DNA from: Candidatus Dormiibacterota bacterium
Lineage (GTDB): Bacteria; Chloroflexota; Dormibacteria; Dormibacterales; Dormibacteraceae
Direction: 5' to 3'
Assembly (NCBI GenBank): GCA_035937155.1
Contig: DASYVJ010000058.1
Span: 1,938-65,937 of the forward strand
DNA length: 64,000 nt
How positions within the stretch are numbered: the stretch's first letter is position 1; each line of letters starts with the position of its first letter. The position numbers and the translations under genes were made by a program. The notes under the pieces are model-generated. The model was not told where the DNA came from. It was given only the letters and a program-made list of their open reading frames with translations, and ran no database searches. Below, in pieces: positions 1 to 8,600 of the stretch.

Positions 1-840
1 CTCGGCATCGCTTATACGTCCGAGCGCATACGCCGAGACCTTGACATCGCCCGCGAGTACATGGAGAAAGCGGTGGCGGAGTTTACGAGGTTCGGCAACC
101 TGCCGGACCTCTCAATGGCCCTCGCGTCAATTGGCGGCGTCGAGCTCCAGCGGGGCAACATCGACGCGGCGCGCCCCTGGGTGCAGCGAGCGCTCGATGT
201 GGCTATCGAGGCGGAGGACGACCACGGCGCGGTCGGCGCTCAGTACACATTCGGTTGGTTGGAGTTCCTTTCCGGCGACATCGAGGCCGCGCAGCGACGT
301 TTCATCGCGGCGCTGGATCTGGTCACGGAAAGCGATGCGCTCTCTGTGGCCCAGCAGGTCGAAGGCATTGCAGTGGCTGGAATGGCTGCCGACCCGCGTC
401 GAGCGGTCAAGCTGTTTGGCGCCGCGTCAAAGCTCAGGGAGGAGGTCGAAACACCCGTGCAGCTGCCGTGGTCGATCTGGCTTGAGCCCGCGATGGCCGA
501 GGCCCGCGCTGCTCTACCCGAGAGAATCGCGGACAAGGCGTGGGAATCGGGACGGGCGATGTCGCCGGCCGAGCTGCTCGCGCTGGCCCGCGAAGCGTCC
601 GGCGGGGCCAGCGGCAAAGGGGCCAGGAGCGCCGGCGGACTGAGCAAGCGCGAGCTCGAGGTCGCCCGGTTGGTTGCCTCGGGGATGACCAGCCGCGCCA
701 TCGCCGAGCGTCTTTTCCTGTCGGAACGAACGGTTGAAAGCCACCTCGAACACATCCTGACCAAGCTGGGCTTCAGCTCGCGGGCGCAGGTGGCCGGCTG
801 GGTCGCCGAGCACCTGGGAGGCGTGCACGGGGACGCCTAG
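1..840 (+). CDS. LuxR/GerE-family transcriptional regulator, C-terminal part (5' end lies outside the window)
   Basis: Frame 1 is open from position 1 with no stop before the ATG at 61. C-terminal GerE-type HTH 'LSKRELEVARLVASGMTSRAIAERLFLSERTVESHLEHILTKLG', preceded by TPR-like helical repeats. Confidence 0.8.
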   Translation, partial: LGIAYTSERIRRDLDIAREYMEKAVAEFTRFGNLPDLSMALASIGGVELQRGNIDAARPWVQRALDVAIEAEDDHGAVGAQYTFGWLEFLSGDIEAAQRRFIAALDLVTESDALSVAQQVEGIAVAGMAADPRRAVKLFGAASKLREEVETPVQLPWSIWLEPAMAEARAALPERIADKAWESGRAMSPAELLALAREASGGASGKGARSAGGLSKRELEVARLVASGMTSRAIAERLFLSERTVESHLEHILTKLGFSSRAQVAGWVAEHLGGVHGDA

Positions 841-1093
841 CGCCCCGATTTTCGGTACTTTCCACGATGTTAGGGACCTCGGGCGATACATACGCTGCTG
901 GCATGGAAAGCAACCGTCTGACCTTCGCGAAGACAGCCGCCAGCCGCCGATCGGTCGCCAGGACCTGCGGCAGTTTCACCCTCCGGTGTCTCAAGGCCAT
1001 CGCTGGGACCTATGTCCAGTCGAGCGCTTACAACCCCCACTGGATCGGCGCCGTCCCACTCACGGAGTCGCACCGAAGCGAGGCACGCCAGGG

Positions 1094-1915
1094 ATGAGCG
1101 CCGCCATAGACGGCCCACCCGTCCTGGAGAACAAGTTGGTTGGCCCGACGCCCAAATTGATCGTGGTCCGCATCGAGCCAATCGCCAAGCGGGTGCGCGC
1201 CTTTGTCGGTGGGGTCGCCATCGCCGACAGCTGCCGAGTGATGATGATGTTCGAGACGGCGCGCCTCGGCATTTACTACTTCCCGGTTGAAGACGTGCGC
1301 CCGGACCTGCTCGTCGCCACATCCACGGTCGTGAGGTCGCCCGCCAAGGGCGATGCCACCTATTACTCAATCACCGTTGATGGCAGGACCGTCGAGAACG
1401 CAGCCTGGCGATACCTCGATCCACCGGCAGGCTGCCCTGAGATCGCGAACTTGATCGCTTTCCACTGGAGTCTCATGGACGCTTGGTTCGAGGAGGACGA
1501 CCAGGTCTTCGTCCATGCCCGAGACCCGTATCACCGCATCGATGTGCTCGACAGTTCGCGCGAGGTGCGCGTTGTCGTCGGCGGCCAAACCGTCGCGGTC
1601 ACGCGGCGTGCGCGTTTCCTCTTTGAGACCGGCTTGCCAGTCCGCTATTACATCCCCATAGAGGACGTTCGGACCGATCTACTCCAGCCGTCGCGGACGA
1701 AGACGGCCTGCGCCTACAAAGGCCCGACCAGTCGGTACTGGCAGGCACCGACTGCTGACGGAAAGGTCGGCGACATCGCGTGGTGCTACGAGGCACCCAA
1801 GCCCGAGGTAGCTCGCATCGCTGGATTGCTCGCATTTTTCAACGAGCGCGTCGACGCCATCTACGTCGAGGGGAAGCAAATGCAGAAGACTCAGACGGTA
1901 TGGAGCCCTTCTTGA
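1094..1915 (+). CDS. DUF427 domain protein (two tandem DUF427-like repeats)
   Basis: Internal ATG at 1094 of ORF 986..1915. Two copies of the DUF427 pattern ('YYFPVEDV...SPAKGDATYYSI...AAWRY' and 'YYIPIEDV...CAYKGPTSRYW...IAWCYE'). Confidence 0.75.
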   Translation: MSAAIDGPPVLENKLVGPTPKLIVVRIEPIAKRVRAFVGGVAIADSCRVMMMFETARLGIYYFPVEDVRPDLLVATSTVVRSPAKGDATYYSITVDGRTVENAAWRYLDPPAGCPEIANLIAFHWSLMDAWFEEDDQVFVHARDPYHRIDVLDSSREVRVVVGGQTVAVTRRARFLFETGLPVRYYIPIEDVRTDLLQPSRTKTACAYKGPTSRYWQAPTADGKVGDIAWCYEAPKPEVARIAGLLAFFNERVDAIYVEGKQMQKTQTVWSPS

Positions 1916-2002
1916 CCCAACCCGCAATTACCAACAGGTCGCACAAGTCAACAGGCCTACGATCTCGTGAGACAGAGTCCACGATGTCGTGAGACATGAG
2001 AA

Positions 2003-2052
2003 TGGCTCCGTGACAGGGATTCGAACCCTGAACCTTGCGATTAACAGATCGT
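2003..2052 (-). pseudogene. tRNA 3'-half remnant (T-arm, acceptor 3' strand, CCA; Asn-like CTGTTAA loop)
   Basis: Minus strand reads ...cgatCTGTTAatcgcaaggtt CAGGG TTCGAAT CCCTG tcacgga g CCA. The T-arm is perfect. The anticodon stem pairs only 4 bp with a 6-nt loop, and no matching D-arm or 5' acceptor strand (tccgtga) lies upstream. Confidence 0.5.
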
Positions 2053-2214
2053 TGCAGCCAGTTCAGAAATGCCGCGTCGAAGTCACCAGGTGCCACCGAG
2101 TGCCGCGAATTGTCAGTGGCGTTGCTGTACGGCAAGGTTGAAGCCGTGATGTACGAGACGTTAGGAAGGCGCCGTCGCATTCCATGGGGATCTAGATGAT
2201 CGTCGCGATGGTCC

Positions 2215-5200
2215 TCACAGGCACACATCTGGAATCGGTGTCAGGGGCGAGGTGCGCAGGAAGCGCTCGTAGCCGAGACCTTCCCCAACCGGGTCGCGGA
2301 TCGGCTGATCGCCGGGCAGGGTTTCGACGGCCAGGCAGCTTAGTGGCGTTTCGGAACCGAGGGCAAGCAACTCCAGAAGCCGTTCGACTTCGGCGTTTGA
2401 CCAGGTGGCGGTTCCCGCGTCGACCCTCAGTCGATCAAACTTGCGCTCCCAACGCTGTGGTTGAGGCACTGCTTGGCGATGTCCGAGCAGGACGTTGCGC
2501 ATGTCCGCGCCGTCGGCTTGGTGAACCTGGGCGTACAGCAGTACCCACAATTGAGTCACCGGCGGGAACGGTCTGAGTGATTGACCTTCGAACGTCGGGT
2601 CCGCAAACGGCGCGTTCACCTCGATGCCGCGACGGTCGCGCAATACTGCGCACAGCAGGGTGGGCATCGGGTGCTGCACGCCGGTCACGCGCAGCGGTCG
2701 ACCGAAGCGACCTTGAGCCGTCGACCAGCCAATGGCATGACCGATGCGCAGTTCGTAGGTGAAAAAGCCGAAAATTGCCGGCGACTCAGGCGTAAGCCCA
2801 CCTGGCAGACGAACCAGAAAATGGCGCGGTGAGTCAGTGGGCAGCATTACTTGCATGGCGCTGAGGCCGGCTTGATCGTCCGACTGGCCCGGCACGATGG
2901 TGCGGATCGGCTCCGGATCGATGGGTAGGGGCGGCTCAGCGGATTCCGGGATTTCTGGCGTCCCGCGGGTCAATACCGGGTCGGGGGCCTGAGCCATCAC
3001 CCGCGCAAAGTAGCTGTCGGCAGGGCTGTCGGGTGGCGCTTCAAACTCGAGCCAGATCATTTTCTGGCGCACGCCGGTCTGGCTGTAAGCCGGATCGCGT
3101 TGATAAGGTGATAGCGCCAGCCCGGCTGAGACCAGTCGCGGCACCTGCGAAGGCGGAGTGGTGATCGGCAGGTGCAAGTCTAACTCGTGTGCTGCATCGA
3201 CCTGCGCGGGCACGTGCCGAAAGACCGGCACGACTTTGTAATGGAATAGGGGCTCGGACGGAAACTGCCCGGCCGGGGGCTGTGGGTCGAAGGAGTCGAT
3301 AAACAGGAGCTCACAGCGATCATGCGGCGCGCCCGCGGACGCTTCGTAAGCGACCGTACGTCTTGGCTCAACCTGGCCGACTTCGACACCATCACGCTGG
3401 ATGCTGAGGTGGTCGAGTCCGTCCCAACTCCAGTCGCGACTCAACTCGAGCCGCACGGGGACCAACCACGCACCTGTGAGATCGCCCAGTGATCCGAACT
3501 GCACGCTGCCACCGTCGGGGCCGAGGGTGTGACGCAGGCCTGGCGCGCATCCGAACAAGATGCGGTGGCCGGGCCGCGCCCGCAGGCCGACGACACCGTA
3601 CACGTCGAGATCAAGCACGGCTGCGAGCCGTCCTAAGGCATTGTCAGGCGCGGCTAGCGCCTTGCCGGCAGTCTTCTGAGCCAGTGCCACCCAACTGTCA
3701 ACGGCTGCTTCGGGCTGCAGGAATATGCCTTCGACCGCCTCGGCGGACGAAACCAGCAGCAGTCCTCGCTCATCGGCGCTCTCCTTGCGCGCTGCCAGCT
3801 GCGTTGCCGGACCATGGCGCACGTCGTCATCCCCGAAGTAGTCAGGCTTGGTGGCCGCCAATGCATTCACGCTGATCCGCACAAGACGAGACGTTGGTAG
3901 CGGAATCGGCCCATTGGGGGGCGCAACCAAGGTTGCGGCGTCGTGCACATCCTGCCAGTCGAGCGCCAAAGTCAGCGGGTCATCTGGGCCTGCCGGAAAC
4001 GGCCGGGTAGTCTGGTACAGCGTGACAAAGCCGTCCGTTGCGGCTGGGCTGGCGACCTGCACGACGATCTCAACGGCCGTCACATCCGGGTCCGGCAGTC
4101 CGACGCCGCGCTTGTCTGCTGTAGCCTGCGGCAGATCGGCCAGCAAATCAGCCGCGGCACCACCTGCCATCACGTACGCCGGATAGCCGAGCCGAGGCCG
4201 GCGCAAAACCACATTGACAGGTGGATTGAGAGGGTCAGGAACAACCGGCAAGCTGGTGTCTATGCGCACAGCCTTCGGGCGAACCCATCGCCGGAAGTGC
4301 AGTGGCGCCAGCGGCTGCGGTGCGGGATTCGCCGGTGCCTCACCCAGCGCCGGACCACCGCCCGTGTGGTCGGTTAACCGCACGCGGAACTCGTAGCTCT
4401 GGCCGTACCGGAGGACGACCGTCGGGTCGACTCCCTCGACAACTGAAGGGGCGTCGATGCCATGCAACCTGGCAGCAACGCGGTCGCGCGCGACAAGCGA
4501 AGGTCCAGTCCAGGCGGTGTAGTAGATGGGGATCCAGAAGGTGTCGGTGGTCTCACCCATCAGCTTGTTGGGCGCGATCTCGACCCGAAATTCGCCGGTA
4601 TGTGATCCGAGGTCGATGCCTTTGACGACCACGCTCGTCGACCCCATCACAAGTGAATGCCACGCCGCGTCGCCCACAAGTCGCCCGTCGACCCGGTAGC
4701 CCAGTACCCCCATCGGGGCATCCTGGATGGCCGCGGCGGGGTCAGTTTGGCGGTTCAGCCACGTCGCAACCTGCTCATCGTCCCACCCAAGCTGGACACC
4801 GTGGTCGTTCGCCGGCCGGGAGCCGTCGTCCTGCTCGGCCAGTGGGTCGAGCTGAGTCGCCTGTCGGGCGTAGACCGCCTTGGCGAACCCGTCGTCGTAG
4901 TCGACCGCCTCGCGGAACAGGGCATCGTAGGACGCGGCTGGGGGAACGCTGGCAACCGGGAATAACACCGAGGTAAACAGACTGCGCGCTACCGGCAAGC
5001 GCGGCACCCGCGCGGCATACGACTTGAGAGCGTCCGGGATGCCCAGCAACCCGGACGCGTCGCTCCCCGCGGCCAAGCTCACATACACCCAGCCGCCGTA
5101 GTCGAAGAATCCCGCGTCTGGCTGAACCTCCAGCGGCCGGACCAGGCCGAGTGCTTCGGCCAGCAGCGGCTGGCGCAGGGCGAGGGCTAGCACCTTGCCC

Positions 5201-5682
5201 CAAGGCAGCTTGGGTACTTCCGACTTGATCACCGTGCCCGCCGGCGTTTCGCTCTTGAGCGCGCAGTGATATCGGTCGTCGGTGACCAAGAAGGGGTTGC
5301 GGCCATCGGTGTATCCCGTCGCGTCGCGGTACCCGGGTGGCGTGTACTTGAGAAATTGCAGCCCGGCTCTGCGGGGGTCGACTGGAGAGATGGTCGTGTC
5401 CACAGGAAGCGTTGCCGCGAGTCCGTTGAACAGCGCAACGGCCTGGGGTGGCGTTGGCAAGGCCACTGGGAAAGCTTGGAAGGCCGTGCCCAGCGTCGGA
5501 ATCGCGCCTAACCCGGCGACAAGTCGCACTTCGAACGTGAAAGCGGCGCTTGCGAAGTTAGGGGCCCCCGCAAGCAGCGGATCGAGCGGGCTGCCCTGGG
5601 GCGCCGCCAACAGGCGCAGGTGTAACCGCGTGCCATCCCATTTCTGCAAGTACGGGAGCAACTGGAGACGGCTGAGCGGCAT
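2215..5682 (-). CDS. giant hypothetical protein B (1155 aa), function unknown
   Basis: Uninterrupted 3.5-kb ORF with ordinary (not Arg/Pro-skewed) composition. Strong SD AGGAGG lies 7 nt upstream of the ATG and overlaps the TAG stop of the upstream gene. No motif recognised by eye. Confidence 0.85.
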   Translation of the reverse strand: MPLSRLQLLPYLQKWDGTRLHLRLLAAPQGSPLDPLLAGAPNFASAAFTFEVRLVAGLGAIPTLGTAFQAFPVALPTPPQAVALFNGLAATLPVDTTISPVDPRRAGLQFLKYTPPGYRDATGYTDGRNPFLVTDDRYHCALKSETPAGTVIKSEVPKLPWGKVLALALRQPLLAEALGLVRPLEVQPDAGFFDYGGWVYVSLAAGSDASGLLGIPDALKSYAARVPRLPVARSLFTSVLFPVASVPPAASYDALFREAVDYDDGFAKAVYARQATQLDPLAEQDDGSRPANDHGVQLGWDDEQVATWLNRQTDPAAAIQDAPMGVLGYRVDGRLVGDAAWHSLVMGSTSVVVKGIDLGSHTGEFRVEIAPNKLMGETTDTFWIPIYYTAWTGPSLVARDRVAARLHGIDAPSVVEGVDPTVVLRYGQSYEFRVRLTDHTGGGPALGEAPANPAPQPLAPLHFRRWVRPKAVRIDTSLPVVPDPLNPPVNVVLRRPRLGYPAYVMAGGAAADLLADLPQATADKRGVGLPDPDVTAVEIVVQVASPAATDGFVTLYQTTRPFPAGPDDPLTLALDWQDVHDAATLVAPPNGPIPLPTSRLVRISVNALAATKPDYFGDDDVRHGPATQLAARKESADERGLLLVSSAEAVEGIFLQPEAAVDSWVALAQKTAGKALAAPDNALGRLAAVLDLDVYGVVGLRARPGHRILFGCAPGLRHTLGPDGGSVQFGSLGDLTGAWLVPVRLELSRDWSWDGLDHLSIQRDGVEVGQVEPRRTVAYEASAGAPHDRCELLFIDSFDPQPPAGQFPSEPLFHYKVVPVFRHVPAQVDAAHELDLHLPITTPPSQVPRLVSAGLALSPYQRDPAYSQTGVRQKMIWLEFEAPPDSPADSYFARVMAQAPDPVLTRGTPEIPESAEPPLPIDPEPIRTIVPGQSDDQAGLSAMQVMLPTDSPRHFLVRLPGGLTPESPAIFGFFTYELRIGHAIGWSTAQGRFGRPLRVTGVQHPMPTLLCAVLRDRRGIEVNAPFADPTFEGQSLRPFPPVTQLWVLLYAQVHQADGADMRNVLLGHRQAVPQPQRWERKFDRLRVDAGTATWSNAEVERLLELLALGSETPLSCLAVETLPGDQPIRDPVGEGLGYERFLRTSPLTPIPDVCL

Positions 5683-5693
5683 GAACCAGCCTC

Positions 5694-8600
5694 CTAAATC
5701 ACATCCGGCAGCGCGCAGGTCGGCTCGCCGGGCCCGTGCACGACCTCATGGCATGTCGTTTCTACTTCGAAGCTGATGCTGAAGACCAAGCAGATCGAAA
5801 CCTCGACTCCAAACGTCAGCTTGGCGGCCGAAAACTCGGTTTCCTCGGGCAGTCCTTTGCACGCCCAGATGAGGGCGAGCTTGCCTTCAAGCGAGATCTG
5901 GATGCTGATGATCGGATCGATCGACGCAGACAGTTGCAAGAGGAACCCAACTCCCACGCCCAGTGTGTTGTCGCCGATGAAGCCGAAAAACGTGAGTGCC
6001 AGCAAGCCCTTGAAGCCGAACGGGCCCGCGTCGAGATCGAAAGCCAGCCCGACACCAAGAAGCAGTGTGTAACTCGTGCCGTCTTGCGTCGCGATCTTGA
6101 TGGAGAACTTGATGATCGCGACCACATACAGGCCTGGGATCGCCTTGATCGCGAACATTGGCTGGCCGCCGATCTCGAACGTCGCTTCATCGTTGCTCGG
6201 CGCAACCTTTTCCTCGACCTTGATGCCGGTGTCGTCGAACTTGATGTCCGGCTCGGGCACAAGCGGTGGGATCTGGAACGGCTTTCCCGTTGCGTCAACG
6301 AACGGAATCGTTTCGGCGACCTTCAGTGACCAATCGTTGGTCATGTCCACGTGCATCAGTCCGCTGATGCCCAGGTCCGCCAGGATGGTCAGCAGGTCTT
6401 GGACAAAGCTCAGCGAGCCGCCCATCAAAATTTTCGGCGCATCGAAAGTCGTCGGCCCGCCCGCCGCTGCGACTATGTTCGCTTCGAGGCGGATGACGTC
6501 GCCGAGTGAACCCGAGTTCATGATCTTGGCGACGCGATCGAGACGGAAGCGCCACGGCACCGGCTGCGAGGTATCCACTTCGTAGGTGACCTGCGCCCCT
6601 GCGTAGTCGACGTCGGACTTGACGGATCCGGCCTGGCGCATGGTCCGCCGGCCCACACCTGCTGGAAAGGTGTTTGCCGGCAGCTCCAGTCGGTAGTGGC
6701 CCTGAGCGCTCACATGCAGAGCCCAGTTGGCAGACGCGAATGGGAGGGTGACTCCGAGCTCGGGAAACAGGCCGAGCGAGCCGGCCAGGCTGTATGGATC
6801 TGCCAAGGCCGGGATTTCCGTGCTGGTGATGCGGCTGGCGTCAGTCGCTTCGATCTTCGGGCGTGGAAAGAACACTCGCTGCGTCCCGGTGGCGTGCAGG
6901 ATCCCGTAGTCAACGGCAGGGTTTGCCGGACTCGTCAGGTCGCCAGGGTCAGCGAAGCGATACGGCGAAGACAGCGGTGGTGCCGAGCCAGCCGCACCAG
7001 CCCGAATCAACGGTACGCCTCGATCCTTCGCTACAGCCCGGGGCGCCGCGTTCGGGCTGTCGACTCGCAACACCGACCACTGCCCGCCACCCGGAAAGAC
7101 AGGACCACCCCAAGCAGCCATCGCGAACTCGGGTCCCGCCAGTCCCGGTGTCATACCCACATCGACACGCTGGACCTGCATCGCTTGGGTCCCGCCACCG
7201 ACGCGGATGTTCGCGGCGACTGGACCCCCGAGGGCGCCGGCCGTGGCGATGAGGCTGGCGTAGGTAGTCGGACCGATCAACGCACCGGCAGTGATCTGCA
7301 CGAAGCCGAACTGATCCTTGACCATCACGAGGTCCGGCGCGCCGTCAAGCTCGAAGTCCCCATCGAAATAGACAGCAGCCATCTCGACCCCGTCGACCGT
7401 CACTACCTGGCCTGTCTCGCTTATGTGCGTGACGTTCGTGATTCGCGGCACCACGCCGGGGTGCGTCACGATTGGCGTGACGCTTGGGAAGTCGTAGATA
7501 CCGTCACTCACCGCCCGCCACCCACTGTCGTGGCGAGTCACAACGGCGTTGTTGCGGCGCTCGATTGTGATCGTGCGAACCACCTGTACCGCGTAAGGGA
7601 ACAGGTAGCTGCGAACCTGGACCACCTCGTAGGCGGAACGACCGATAAGGACGTCGAAGCGTGCCTGAACCACCGCAACCGCGTCGCGCGTTGGGTCGTG
7701 GTACGGGTTGTGCCAATCGCTGAAGAGGCTCTCCCCGTACCCGGACAAGTCCAGGCGCGTCACAGGGACCAGCGGCCGCGCACCAGCGGCGCCGAGGTAC
7801 GTGTTGAATATTTCGGTGACGCTGTCGCCGAGCGCGCTACGTGAGCCGGGCCGGCCCACCGGCAACTGTGCTGTGTAGCCGGGCAGGCTCGGCGACTCAT
7901 CTGGCGCAAGGCTCGGATCCAAGGCATCGATGCGCAGTTGGTGAGCGCCTTCAAGGGTGCCCTGGCGGGGACGGTTGAGCGATACGCTCGCGCCGCGCGG
8001 CTCGAAGGGAGTCGGTTGGCGCAACTCGGCCCGTGCCACTATGCCAAACGGCAGCGTGAATCGGGCGCTTGCCGGGTTCGGAGCCTGCGTCGCAAAGTTG
8101 TCGACGATGCGCTGCAGAGCTGCAGCGGGATGCACAGGCACGAGGGCGACCGTCGGTACCCTGATGAGGCTCGGTACGCCACTGTTGGCGAAGCTCAGTC
8201 GCGGAGGGAAGGTGGGATCCGGGTCTGCCTGCGTTTCGAGGACCTCCCACTGAACCGCGGGCAGCGTCAGCAGCACCAGATGGCGACCGTCGAGCTCCAG
8301 GCTCAAGGACTCAATGCGGACCGTGGTTCCGCCTTCAACGCCGGCCTGGAATGCCACGCCGAATTGATCAACGTTGGTTGACACGTCCAACAGGATCAGA
8401 CCGTGCTGGCGTTCGAACGCCAGCGCGCTACCGAGCGCCTTGAGCGCATCCGGCCACAGGTCTTGTTGGCCACGCGCCACCAACGCGGCTGGGTCGGCGG
8501 CGCCAGCCGCCGGCTCGACGGGCGCAGCACGGACCTCGAACGTGGTCTGGCCGAAGCCGGGTGCGAGCACGAAGTCGAAGGCTGACCGGGTTGGTTCCCA

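Noticed and set aside
6696-7844. 382-aa plus-strand ORF (with 5736-6329, 8788-9277 and 9481-10185) antisense to giant gene A
   Set aside because: The translations are Arg/Pro/Gly/His-rich and of low complexity, typical of shadow frames in high-GC DNA. They are fully contained in the much longer minus-strand ORF, which has normal composition.
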